Source: Candidatus Berkelbacteria bacterium
GTDB lineage: Bacteria; Patescibacteriota; UBA1384; DTJR01
NCBI GenBank assembly: GCA_029865605.1
Contig: JAOUGE010000004.1
Coordinates: forward strand, 2,562-66,561
Length of the DNA: 64,000 nt
Reading direction: 5' to 3'
This document shows, one piece after another, positions 48,931-58,323 of this stretch. The notes under the pieces were generated by a model. That model searched no databases, was not told the origin of the DNA, and saw only the letters and a list, made by a program, of their open reading frames with translations. How positions within the stretch are numbered: the first letter of the stretch is position 1; the number at the start of each line of letters is the position of its first letter. A program made the translations under genes and the position numbers.

Positions 48931-50844
48931 ATGTGGTTTATGCCAATCTTTAAGAAAAACCAGACAGTAAGGCTTATCGCTTTATTTATTTATTGTAGGA
49001 TAAAAACTGTCCTTTATTTATTTTATGCTAGCTTGTTGGTGTTGTGCACTTTTTTGCCTGCAAAAGCGCTTGCTCCGCTTATAACCGTAACTGAGCTTGA
49101 CTATCAAGCTGGTCAGGGATTAGGCCAGTGTTATCGAATGGATGGTGATTTGGATGGGGACGGAATAGATGATATTGTCTCTGGTCTAATAAGATGGCAA
49201 AGCACGAATGATACCGGGCGGATTCTTATCTATTGGGGTGGGGAAAATGTCTCTTCAACGCCAGATGTGGTTATTGACGGAGAAGCCGTCAACACTCGTT
49301 TTGGTGATGGCTTGAGCGTGGGAGATTTTAATGGCGACGGTATTGACGATCTGGCGTCAGGCGCAATCGAAACGGCTACTAACGATGGCAAGGTTTACGT
49401 TCTCTATGGCCGGTCACGTGCCGCCTGGTCATCTGTTACTAACGCTTCACAGGCGAATGTAAAAATTACCGGTGACACGGATAGCCACTTAGGCAATAAA
49501 GTGGGACTAGAGGGAGATATTAATGGCGATGGCTACAACGACCTTTTAATGGGGGCGGAATATTGGGGAGCAAGTGATCAGGGTAGGGCTTATATTTTGT
49601 TTGGCGAGGATAATGATTCAATTAATATCACTGTCGCTAACGTTGATGTCATTATTAATAATGATTTTGGAGCGGGGGTTTCGGCTTTGGGGGATGACGT
49701 TTATATTGCTGATGTTGCCGGTGATAGCTATCCGGATATTTTAATTTCTGTTGGAGATTGGTTAGATGGCGACGGCGGCCAATCAAGAGTGATAATATTT
49801 AACGGGTCGGCATCTTTCCCGACAGGGACTATCAATGCTTCTACAGCCAACGCAATAATTTTAGCTAACGGGAATACCGATTTTGAAGGGTTTGGTTATG
49901 CTGTTCGAGCCGGCGATGTCAATAGCGACGGCAAAAAAGATCTGCTTGTTGGCTCCGATCACTTTATAACTACGACAGGATTGCCCCGACTATCGATTTT
50001 TTACGGCGGGCCAGGTATATCTGGAACTATGTATGCAGTTACCGATGCCGATCAAGTGATAATCGGTGAAGCAGAGGGAGATTTGTTTTCGATGGCGATT
50101 ATGACTGGCGATATCAACAATGACGGTGTCGATGATATAGCAACAACTGCCTATTTTTACCCCACGCCGTGGGTCGGCCCGGGAAGATTGTATATTTTTT
50201 ACGGCGGGTCCGGGCTTGCAAGCAAAACAAATGCTTCTCAAGCTGATTATATTATGGAAAATCCTTTGGGAATCAGCTTGATGGGCTGGTGGGTTGCTGT
50301 GGGTGATATTAATAATGACGGCTGGGACGAAGTAGGCGAAGTATATATCAAGGAGTCTGGCGTGACGACCACCCTGCGCATTTTTGGCCTCTCTCATCTA
50401 TCGCCCGTGGTGACTATTAATAGTCCATCTATTAGTTACAGTGGAGGTCAAGCAGGGGTGCAATTTACAGGTAGTGCCACCGATCCTGATAGTGGAAACA
50501 TACAACGTGTCCAATATTCACTCGATGGTGGTTCCTGGCAGAGTGCTCTGCCGTCCGATGGTTCTTTTGGCTCGACTTCGGAAGATTATTACTTTGATCT
50601 GACCATCACCAGCAATGGTTCATATGGTGTGAGAGTTCGAGCGAGTGATTCGGAAAATGCAACCACCAGCGAAGCTAGCTATGCCGTTTCGAGTTTTGAT
50701 ATTAATGGCATTATTACTCAAGCTATTCAAACGGGCATTCTCCCCGAAACAGGCGCTGGTTCGGATTTAGAACCGGCCTTGGCTTTATTGATTTTACCCT
50801 TTGTTATAACCGGCTTTGTACTATACTTTCAAAAGTTGAGATAA
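48931..50844 (+). CDS. FG-GAP repeat surface protein with Ig-like domain and LPxTG-like anchor
   Basis: Repeated GD.NGDG.DD motifs, GR.YI.YG, C-terminal LPETG + TM + basic tail. Confidence 0.85.
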   Translation: MWFMPIFKKNQTVRLIALFIYCRIKTVLYLFYASLLVLCTFLPAKALAPLITVTELDYQAGQGLGQCYRMDGDLDGDGIDDIVSGLIRWQSTNDTGRILIYWGGENVSSTPDVVIDGEAVNTRFGDGLSVGDFNGDGIDDLASGAIETATNDGKVYVLYGRSRAAWSSVTNASQANVKITGDTDSHLGNKVGLEGDINGDGYNDLLMGAEYWGASDQGRAYILFGEDNDSINITVANVDVIINNDFGAGVSALGDDVYIADVAGDSYPDILISVGDWLDGDGGQSRVIIFNGSASFPTGTINASTANAIILANGNTDFEGFGYAVRAGDVNSDGKKDLLVGSDHFITTTGLPRLSIFYGGPGISGTMYAVTDADQVIIGEAEGDLFSMAIMTGDINNDGVDDIATTAYFYPTPWVGPGRLYIFYGGSGLASKTNASQADYIMENPLGISLMGWWVAVGDINNDGWDEVGEVYIKESGVTTTLRIFGLSHLSPVVTINSPSISYSGGQAGVQFTGSATDPDSGNIQRVQYSLDGGSWQSALPSDGSFGSTSEDYYFDLTITSNGSYGVRVRASDSENATTSEASYAVSSFDINGIITQAIQTGILPETGAGSDLEPALALLILPFVITGFVLYFQKLR

Positions 50845-50866
50845 GAGGTCATGTGGCATATTTTAG

Positions 50867-50895
50867 TTGACACTGGGGCAGTTTTTTTGTATTCT
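50867..50895 (+). promoter_or_regulatory. Sigma70 promoter
   Basis: TTGACA-17 nt-TATTCT. Confidence 0.65.
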
Positions 50896-50936
50896 TTCGT
50901 GAAGCGTTTAACGCTTCCACACCAAATCGGGAAGAG

Positions 50937-51380
50937 GTGAGAACCTTGAGTTGGGAGTGCCGAAAGTGCCTGGAGGCAGCGATCAAGGAGAACAGGAAGG
51001 CTAAGAAGCTCAACGGGCGTCAGACTCCCGAAGGGCGGGATGCCTATGAGCGGAAAGCTACCCTGGCGCTGCGTGCTCTCTCCCTTTGCACCTCCTGTAA
51101 GTCTGGAGAGGTGCTTAACATGCGGCCGCACAGGAAAGTGAAAAACGCGATCTCTGTGTTGGCCTGTGAGCCTCTTCGTGCAAGCGGCTTTGAGTGCAGC
51201 TTCCACCTTTGCGCAGATACTCTTCTCGAAGTCATTGAGGAAGAGTACGAAGGTCGCGAGGAAGACAAGCGCGATCTCTACGACCTGGTGAGAAGGGTAA
51301 TGCGTGAGGTGCTCGGTGTGGGTACAGGGCTCAGCGAGCCCAGACGGCAGCTTTATCGCCGTTATATCTTACATCCCTAG
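50937..51380 (+). CDS. GC-rich orphan with two CxxC motifs
   Basis: Own promoter, SD GAGGTG (start may be TTG 50946), hairpin 51380-51410. Confidence 0.65.
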   Translation: MRTLSWECRKCLEAAIKENRKAKKLNGRQTPEGRDAYERKATLALRALSLCTSCKSGEVLNMRPHRKVKNAISVLACEPLRASGFECSFHLCADTLLEVIEEEYEGREEDKRDLYDLVRRVMREVLGVGTGLSEPRRQLYRRYILHP

Positions 51381-51467
51381 GCCCGCGGTTTCGGAGGAAA
51401 CGCGCGGGCCGGCCCCACTCTCTTTATAAGTTTTTCTCCTTTTGATAAAATATGTTTGTTTTGATGC

Positions 51468-51865
51468 GGGCGATTAGCTCAGCCGGTTAGAGTGCGTCAC
51501 TGCGCTTTGCGGGTGGAACGCAAAGCTGATGCGGTATGATGCGCCGTGGGAGTGGAACCCGCGGCTACACCTTGATAATTATGGTCTTTTGAGGGGCGTA
51601 TAGCTCAGCTGGTTAGAGCGCGTCACTGATAATGACGAGGTCCATGGTTCGAGTCCATGTACGCCCACCAAAAGACCATAAAATAATAATTCGGAGGTTC
51701 AGCCGATATTCATTGGAAAAATAATTGTCGGCGAGGTTTCCTCCATCGCCCACCAGGATTGTTTTGGTGGTAAGGACTCGAAGGCCGGAGTGCGACGGCG
51801 CGAGGCGGGGTCGCGAGCAATTTCAGCAGAAATTGACTTGTGACCGAGTCCTCCATCGCCCACCA
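51468..51865 (+). pseudogene. Fragmented tRNA (Ile-like) surrounding the intact tRNA-Ile
   Basis: 5' half GGGCGATTAGCTCAGCCGGTTAGAGTGCGTCACT (51468-51501); GGAGGTTC (51693-51700); 3' end TCCTCCATCGCCCACCA twice (51739-51755, 51849-51865). Confidence 0.65.
51594..51670 (+). tRNA. tRNA-Ile (GAT)
   Basis: Acceptor GGGCGTA/TACGCCC, anticodon arm CGTCA-CTGATAA-TGACG, T-loop TTCGAGT, encoded CCA. Confidence 0.96.
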
Positions 51866-51870
51866 TTTTT

Positions 51871-52350
51871 ATGACTTTAACCGCACATGTAGCAACGGGT
51901 ATTGCCGTCGGTTCACTCACAGACAACTCCTCTGTGGGTTTTTTTGCTGGTTGGCTTACTCACCACGTAGTTGACGGTATTCCCCACAGCGACCCAGGTT
52001 CTTGGGGAGCGGTTGGCGAAAGTGTTTTTAAAAACAGAAGATCTTTGATTTGGACGGTCTGCGATATCACAATTGCCACAACTTTATTTTTCTTGTTTCT
52101 CTCACTCTCGGGCTTTTCCACAGTACTCTTTATTTCGGTGTTGGGTGCAGCCATACCCGATTTAATAGATAACTCTCCGTTTTGGAGTAAACCGTTAAGA
52201 AAACTGCCTCCCCTAAAGTGGTTTCATCAGTTCCATGAAGTTATTCACTATACCATTAAGGTTAAGAAATATCTCTGGCTGGGAATTATGACCCAAATTT
52301 TGATAATAATTGTATCTCTTGCCGCTTTTTTGCTGTCCTCGGCTCGTTAG
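51871..52350 (+). CDS. Putative membrane metal-dependent hydrolase-like protein
   Basis: H..TG, HH..D.IPH.D, PD..D, H.FH...H; several TMs. Confidence 0.65.
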   Translation: MTLTAHVATGIAVGSLTDNSSVGFFAGWLTHHVVDGIPHSDPGSWGAVGESVFKNRRSLIWTVCDITIATTLFFLFLSLSGFSTVLFISVLGAAIPDLIDNSPFWSKPLRKLPPLKWFHQFHEVIHYTIKVKKYLWLGIMTQILIIIVSLAAFLLSSAR

Positions 52351-52449
52351 ATCGATTCCCTCGACAGAGTTTACCCTGTTAAAGCGAACTCTCTTTAATG
52401 GGGTTTACCTATTAGTTGGGATAATATATACTTGACTTAAGGACCGAAT

Positions 52450-54699
52450 ATGAGCCAAGAAGATCTTTTAGTTGCGAAAGATTATGTTATTAAGCTGCCT
52501 AGAGCGGTTGCTTTTGAACCGAAGGCGTTTAGCGAATTTTTGCGTACTACCTCAAGGATAATGAAAAACCTTCCCTTTGCTTTTCTTATGACGATGGAGG
52601 GAAAGAAAATTTATTACGGAATAAGATCTAACAGAAGCTATTATAATGTCATTGAAAATCAGCTTTACTCCGCCTTTCCTGGCGTTGAAGTGGAAGAAAC
52701 TGAAAGAGAGATGTTTTCGGGTAGGTTTGAAAACGGGGCCAGAGCAATCCTTTGGCTTAAGCACGGCGACTTTTATCCGTTTTTAAAACACGATCAGATT
52801 GAAGGGGATTTTCTGGCTGATTTCTATAACCAATTCACTCATCTTACAGCCCAAGATCAGTTTTATTTTCAGGTGAAGATTTGTCCTTTGGACTATAATC
52901 GGATGAGATTTTCCCTAGCGAGGAGTTTAAGACTGGGTATGAAAAGTCTTAGAGATAGAGTTAATATTATTGAGGCAGTAACCTCCAAAAAGGCTTCGGC
53001 CGGGGTAAAGAGAATGGCTTACGAAGCGGCCATTGAGAAAAACAAACAGCCTCTTTTTCTCTGCGAGATTGATTTGGTTGTTTACTCTGACAGTTATGAA
53101 ACGGCGAGATTGAAATTGGAGCCGATTGCCCATGTATTTCAGAAACTAGAGAGCGATTATAATGAGTTTTATTATAAAATTCAACCCCTAGCCGAGTCGG
53201 ATGTTGATGAACTAAGATCATTTAAATTCGGCCGCCAGGCGGTTTGTTTGGCACCGGACGAACTTTCCACGATCTACCACTTCCCGCCTCACACTGACCA
53301 GGTGCCCAATCTTTATAAAATTATGTCGCCCAAAGCCGAGCCGCCAATAGGGCTCCCGACTCCAGACAATACTCCACCCGAAGAGTTGTGCCTTTTTGCC
53401 CAAACTAACTATCGAAATATCAGGGAGATTTTTGGCATCAAACGCCGCGATCGCGTCCGCCACATGTATATGATTGGCAAGTCTGGCTCTGGCAAGTCTA
53501 AACTGATGGAGTTGATGATTAAAAACGACATCGAACAAGGCCATGGTGTTTGCGTGATTGACCCTCACGGCGACTTAATTGAGAATATTCTTCCTTTTGT
53601 CCCCGAGTCAAGAGTTAAAGACACGATCTATTTTAATCCGGTTGACGAGGAATATCCGATTTCTTTTAACCCGCTGGAAAAAGTTGACCGAATGTACCGC
53701 CAGCAGGTGGCGAGCGGCTTGATCGAAATATTTAAGAAGACCTTTGGCGCTAACTGGTCACCGCGGCTTGAGCATGTCTTGCGAATGACAATATTGGCTC
53801 TTCTTGATGCGCCCAGAGCTTCGGTGATGTCGATTCTCCTTCTTTTAACCGACAGGGAGTATAGGCAAGAAGTGATAAAAAATATTGAGGATCAAGTCGT
53901 CAAGAATTTCTGGACCAATGAATTTGCCAGCTGGAGCGAAAAGTTTGACAGCGAAGCGATTATGCCCGTTTTGAACAAAATCGGCCAGTTTGTATCAACT
54001 ACGGTTATTAGAAATATCGTTGGTCAGGAAGAAAACAAAATCAATATGAAAGATATTATGGATAATCGCAAGATTATTTTCGTTAAGCTCCCCAAGGGAG
54101 TGTTAAACGAAGAAAACACCTCGCTTCTTGGCGCAATGGTTATTACCAAAATCTATCAGAACGCTCTGGCCCGTTCGGAAGTTCCCGAGCACCAGCGAGT
54201 TCCATTCTATCTTTACGTTGACGAGTTTCAAAACTTTGCCACCGATACTTTTTCAAATATTCTGTCGGAGGCAAGAAAATATAAATTGAGTTTAACCCTG
54301 GCCCACCAGTATGTTTCGCAGCTAAGCGATCTTATTAAGAGAACGGTTTTTGGTAATGTCGGTTCGATTGTTTCGTTTAGAGTAGGCCCCGAGGACGCCT
54401 TGCTTTTAGCTAAAGAGTTTGAGCCGAGATTTACCGATGCTGATATTGTCAATCTTGGCGTGAGGGAAATTTATCTAAAACTTTCAATTGACGATGAGAT
54501 TAGAGAGGCCTTCTCGGCTAGAACCCTGGCAATGCCGCAGGTTGAGACGAGCTTCAAAGAGCAGATTGTTGCCTTCACCCGTGAGAATTACTGTCGCTCT
54601 AGAGAAACCGCCGAACATGAAATCAGCCGCGAAAAATCGAAAGAAATGGAAGTTCTTGATAAACTCAAAGGCGAAAACTTCTCCGCGCCGATTTTATAA
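52450..54699 (+). CDS. VirD4/TraG/HerA-like P-loop ATPase (T4SS coupling-protein-like)
   Basis: RHMYMIGKSGSGKS, IDPHGD, LYVDEFQNF, LSEARKY, AHQY, FGNVG..FRVG..DA. Confidence 0.88.
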   Translation: MSQEDLLVAKDYVIKLPRAVAFEPKAFSEFLRTTSRIMKNLPFAFLMTMEGKKIYYGIRSNRSYYNVIENQLYSAFPGVEVEETEREMFSGRFENGARAILWLKHGDFYPFLKHDQIEGDFLADFYNQFTHLTAQDQFYFQVKICPLDYNRMRFSLARSLRLGMKSLRDRVNIIEAVTSKKASAGVKRMAYEAAIEKNKQPLFLCEIDLVVYSDSYETARLKLEPIAHVFQKLESDYNEFYYKIQPLAESDVDELRSFKFGRQAVCLAPDELSTIYHFPPHTDQVPNLYKIMSPKAEPPIGLPTPDNTPPEELCLFAQTNYRNIREIFGIKRRDRVRHMYMIGKSGSGKSKLMELMIKNDIEQGHGVCVIDPHGDLIENILPFVPESRVKDTIYFNPVDEEYPISFNPLEKVDRMYRQQVASGLIEIFKKTFGANWSPRLEHVLRMTILALLDAPRASVMSILLLLTDREYRQEVIKNIEDQVVKNFWTNEFASWSEKFDSEAIMPVLNKIGQFVSTTVIRNIVGQEENKINMKDIMDNRKIIFVKLPKGVLNEENTSLLGAMVITKIYQNALARSEVPEHQRVPFYLYVDEFQNFATDTFSNILSEARKYKLSLTLAHQYVSQLSDLIKRTVFGNVGSIVSFRVGPEDALLLAKEFEPRFTDADIVNLGVREIYLKLSIDDEIREAFSARTLAMPQVETSFKEQIVAFTRENYCRSRETAEHEISREKSKEMEVLDKLKGENFSAPIL

Positions 54700-54711
54700 G
54701 TTATTATCTTA

Positions 54712-54777
54712 TTTGCGGGTTTAGCGAGTTTTTCGGGTTTGAAATTCTAACTCGCTAAATAAATAACTCGCTAAATA
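54712..54777. repeat. Short inverted/tandem TTAGCGAGTT repeats
   Basis: TTAGCGAGTT ... AACTCGCTAA x2, upstream of paralog 6. Confidence 0.7.
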
Positions 54778-54790
54778 GAAAAATTGAAGA

Positions 54791-56509
54791 ATGGCTATTA
54801 ATAAAACCTGCAAACAGTGTAAAAAAGGATTCGTGGTTTTGGATGATGATTTGGTCTATTTGGACAGAATTTCGCCAACCTTCGCGGGTAAAAAGTTCTC
54901 TGTTCCGGCACCATCTCTTTGTACGGACTGTCGCATGCAGAGGCGCGTAGCTTGGAGAAACGAAAGAAATCTTTATAAGAGAAAGTGCGATCTTTGTCAA
55001 GAACAGATAGTTGCTTTATATGAACAAGATTCGCCATTCGCAGTTTATTGCCAAAAATGCTTTTGGTCGGATAAGTGGAACCCACTAGAATTTGCTAAAG
55101 ATTATGATCCTTCAAGGTCTTTTATCGAACAGATTAAAGAAATACAAAAAAAAGCTCCTCGCCTAGCCCTCCTTAATACTTTTTCGGAAAATTCGGAGTT
55201 TACTAATCATTCCTCAAAAAATAAGGATTGCTATTTAGTTTTTGCTTCGTTTGATAATGAGCGCGTCATGTACTGCCGAAAAACTCGTAACTCCAAAGAT
55301 ATCTTGGATTGCACGACCTGTTTTTACGGCTCAGAGCTTTGTTACGAATGTTTTTTGATTGAGAATTGTTATTCCTTGAAATATTCAGTCAACTGCAAGA
55401 ACTGCTCAAATTCCAATTTTCTTTTTGATTGTCTGGACTGTAAGGATTGTTACATGTGTTACGGGCTTCGTAATAAACAGTATTATTTTGAAAATAAGCA
55501 ATTAAGCGAAGAGGAATATAAAAGAAGGATACCTAACTTAGGATCTCGCAAAATTCGAGATGCCGAAAGAAAAAGATTCATAGAATTTTCGAAAGATGCT
55601 GTACGCAAATATGCGAGATTTACAAACTCCGAGAATTCCACTGGTGATGATCTTATTAATTGTTCGAGATGTGTTAATTGTTATGATGTTGAAAAAGCTG
55701 AAGATTGCAAGAATTTTGAGCATGGCGAAGTCCTTAATTGGTGCGTTGATTGTTATGGTGCCGGTAACCCCGGGGAGTATCTTTACGAAGTGCACGGTAT
55801 CTTAGATGGTCATAATTGTGCTTTTACGCACGCTAGCTATCATTCGTCCCGTGTCTACTATTGTGATAATTGCCAAAACTGTCAGGATATTTTTGGCTGT
55901 GTCAGTTTAAAAAAATCTCAATATGCAATTTTAAATAAGCAATATTCGCGTGATGAATACGAAAAGAAAATTGCCGAAATAATTGAAAAAATGACCCAAG
56001 CTGGTGAGTGGGGAGAATTTTTCCCAATCGGTATGAGCCCATTTGCCTATAATGAAACCTTGGCTTCTGAATATTTTCCTCTTAAAAAAGAGGGGGTTGA
56101 GGCAATTGGCGCTAAATGGAGAGATATCACCCATGAAAAAATTAATATAGAAACAGTCATCCCGCATGATGATATATCTGTCTACATCGATTCAAAAGAG
56201 GAGGTAGAAAAATTATTAGCCTCTGCTATAAAATGTTCGGTAACCGGTATTCCTTTTAGAATCTTGCCGCAGGAAATGGTTTTCTATTTGAAAGAAAAAA
56301 TCCCGGTCCCGGAAATTCATTATGATGCACGTCATGCCGAGAGACAGAAATATGTTAACCCCCGCAAGCTTTGTAAGCGCCAATGCATGTGCGAAGAACA
56401 AGGACACCACCACGAAGGAAGATGTAAAGTAGAATTTGAAACCACATACACACCCGATAGGCCAGAGAAAGTATATTGCGAGAGGTGTTACCAGAAATCA
56501 GTTATTTGA
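54791..56509 (+). CDS. Cys-rich repeat / zinc-ribbon protein, paralog 6
   Basis: Family motifs. Confidence 0.9.
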   Translation: MAINKTCKQCKKGFVVLDDDLVYLDRISPTFAGKKFSVPAPSLCTDCRMQRRVAWRNERNLYKRKCDLCQEQIVALYEQDSPFAVYCQKCFWSDKWNPLEFAKDYDPSRSFIEQIKEIQKKAPRLALLNTFSENSEFTNHSSKNKDCYLVFASFDNERVMYCRKTRNSKDILDCTTCFYGSELCYECFLIENCYSLKYSVNCKNCSNSNFLFDCLDCKDCYMCYGLRNKQYYFENKQLSEEEYKRRIPNLGSRKIRDAERKRFIEFSKDAVRKYARFTNSENSTGDDLINCSRCVNCYDVEKAEDCKNFEHGEVLNWCVDCYGAGNPGEYLYEVHGILDGHNCAFTHASYHSSRVYYCDNCQNCQDIFGCVSLKKSQYAILNKQYSRDEYEKKIAEIIEKMTQAGEWGEFFPIGMSPFAYNETLASEYFPLKKEGVEAIGAKWRDITHEKINIETVIPHDDISVYIDSKEEVEKLLASAIKCSVTGIPFRILPQEMVFYLKEKIPVPEIHYDARHAERQKYVNPRKLCKRQCMCEEQGHHHEGRCKVEFETTYTPDRPEKVYCERCYQKSVI

Positions 56510-56511
56510 TT

Positions 56512-56570
56512 ATTACGAGTTTAGCGAGTTAGCGAGTTTCAACCCGCTAAATAACCAACTTGCCAAATAA
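56512..56570. repeat. Short inverted/tandem TTAGCGAGTT repeats
   Basis: Same motif as 54712-54777, upstream of paralog 7. Confidence 0.7.
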
Positions 56571-56583
56571 AAAATAAATTAAT

Positions 56584-58308
56584 ATGCCTTTATCCAAAAC
56601 CTGCAAGCAATGTAGTCAGCAATTCACGGTAGAAGATGAAGACTTAGAATTCTACAAAAAAGTCTCCCCGACTTTGGGTGGAAAAACTTACGAATGGCCG
56701 GCGCCGACATTATGTATGTTTTGCCGGGGAATGAGACGGCAAGCTTGGCGCAACGAAAGAAATCTCTATAAGACTAAATGCGCTAAATCCGGCAAGGAAA
56801 TTGTAAGCGTTTATTCACCAGACAAGACCGACTATAAAGTGTATGAACTTTCCGAATGGTGGAAAGATGATTGGGACGCGATGCAATATGGCAAGGAGTT
56901 TGATTCCTCGCGGGGATTTTTTGATCAGTTTGATGAGTTATTAAAAGCTGTGCCAAGACTGTCTCTCTTTAATACCCAAACTCAAAACTGCGATTATGTA
57001 AACTACACGGCTGAATGCAAAGACTGCTATATGTCCTCCGTTATTTATTATCAATGCGATAAAGTTCATTATTCATATCTGACTTATTATTCGAAAAATA
57101 GCATTGACATAGGGTATTGTGACAAAGTTGAAAACTGCTACGAGCTGGTCAGCAGTAATGGTTGCTATGGTTGTCGGTATTCGAATCGTTTAACGAATTG
57201 TCGCGACTGCTATTTTTGCCAGGATTTAAATGGCTGCTCAGATTGCATTTTGTCAAACAACCTAACTCGCAAACAGTATTGCGTCAGAAATAAACAGTTA
57301 ACAAAAGAAGAATATGAAAAAGAAAAAAAGGAATTAGATCTTGGCTCCTATCAAAAAGTTAATGAATACTTGAAAGAATATGAGCAAATGAGAAAGGGGG
57401 CGATCGTCAAATTTGCCAATCTGCTTAATTGCGAGAATTGCGAGGGCGATAATTTGATTAACTGCAAGAATGTTAAGAAATGTTTTAGCGCAGTCAGGGT
57501 TGAAAATAGCCGTTATTCGTTTGATCAAGAGGATGGGAAAAATATCTATGACTGTGAAGGCGGCTCTTACGAGTGGGCGGTTGAATCAAACCACACAGGA
57601 TTTGGCTCTAACTTTATCGTCTGTTCTGGAGTTTTGAATTCCAGTTTTCTTTATTATTGTGAAAATTGCCATAACTGCCGTGATTGTTTCGGCTGTGTCG
57701 GTTTAAGGGGCAAGCAATTCTGCGTTTTTAATAAGCAATATAGCAAGGAAGAATATGAGCAGTTAGTAGAAAAAATTATTAAGAAGATGGTAGAAGGTGG
57801 CGAATGGGGCGAATTCTTCCCCTTTAGATTGAGTCCTTTTGGGTATAATGAATCACTGGCTAATGATTATCATCCCAAAACGAAAGAAGAGGTAAAAGGA
57901 ATCGGTGCTAAATGGCAGGATAATGATTATTCGCTTAAATACGATGGCCCCTTTTATGAACCCAAAGATAATATTAAGGACTATATTGAAAATGAGGGGG
58001 AAAGGAACAAACTGCTGGCTGGTATATTAAAGTGCGAGGTCTCGGGCAAGCCGTTTAAGCTGGTTCCGCAAGAACTCGCCTTTTACTTTGAGCAGGGAGT
58101 TCCTATACCACGCAGGCACTATGATGTTCGCTACAAAGAGCGGTTTAAGATGAGAAATCCCAAAGTATTACACCATCGCCAGTGTGTGTGCGAAGAACAA
58201 GGGCATGAGCATGAAGGAAGATGTGAGAACGAATTTGAAACGACCTATGCGCCGGATCGTCCGGAGAAAATATACTGCGAGAGGTGCTATCAGAAAAGCG
58301 TTGTGTAG
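56584..58308 (+). CDS. Cys-rich repeat / zinc-ribbon protein, paralog 7
   Basis: Family motifs. Confidence 0.9.
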   Translation: MPLSKTCKQCSQQFTVEDEDLEFYKKVSPTLGGKTYEWPAPTLCMFCRGMRRQAWRNERNLYKTKCAKSGKEIVSVYSPDKTDYKVYELSEWWKDDWDAMQYGKEFDSSRGFFDQFDELLKAVPRLSLFNTQTQNCDYVNYTAECKDCYMSSVIYYQCDKVHYSYLTYYSKNSIDIGYCDKVENCYELVSSNGCYGCRYSNRLTNCRDCYFCQDLNGCSDCILSNNLTRKQYCVRNKQLTKEEYEKEKKELDLGSYQKVNEYLKEYEQMRKGAIVKFANLLNCENCEGDNLINCKNVKKCFSAVRVENSRYSFDQEDGKNIYDCEGGSYEWAVESNHTGFGSNFIVCSGVLNSSFLYYCENCHNCRDCFGCVGLRGKQFCVFNKQYSKEEYEQLVEKIIKKMVEGGEWGEFFPFRLSPFGYNESLANDYHPKTKEEVKGIGAKWQDNDYSLKYDGPFYEPKDNIKDYIENEGERNKLLAGILKCEVSGKPFKLVPQELAFYFEQGVPIPRRHYDVRYKERFKMRNPKVLHHRQCVCEEQGHEHEGRCENEFETTYAPDRPEKIYCERCYQKSVV

Positions 58309-58323
58309 CAAAAGGAGGGTTAT

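Noticed and set aside
50900-51410. 5'-3' end pairing in the 50937-51380 orphan unit
   Set aside because: Only local hairpins at each end; no convincing long-range arm, so not counted in that finding.
51502-51593. Group I or II intron in a tRNA
   Set aside because: Too short, no recognisable catalytic core, and the upstream 5' half does not pair fully with the inner tRNA acceptor.
51739-51865. Integrated prophage or island between tRNA 3'-end repeats
   Set aside because: Repeats are only 110 bp apart and there is no integrase; at most a scar.
54712-56570. CRISPR array
   Set aside because: Repeats are about 10 nt, inverted and irregular; no spacers or cas genes.
6349-58308. Diversity-generating retroelement behind the repeated 3' ends
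   Set aside because: No reverse transcriptase or non-coding template repeat in the window. Differences are mostly synonymous, not adenine-specific, and the tails are the conserved part.
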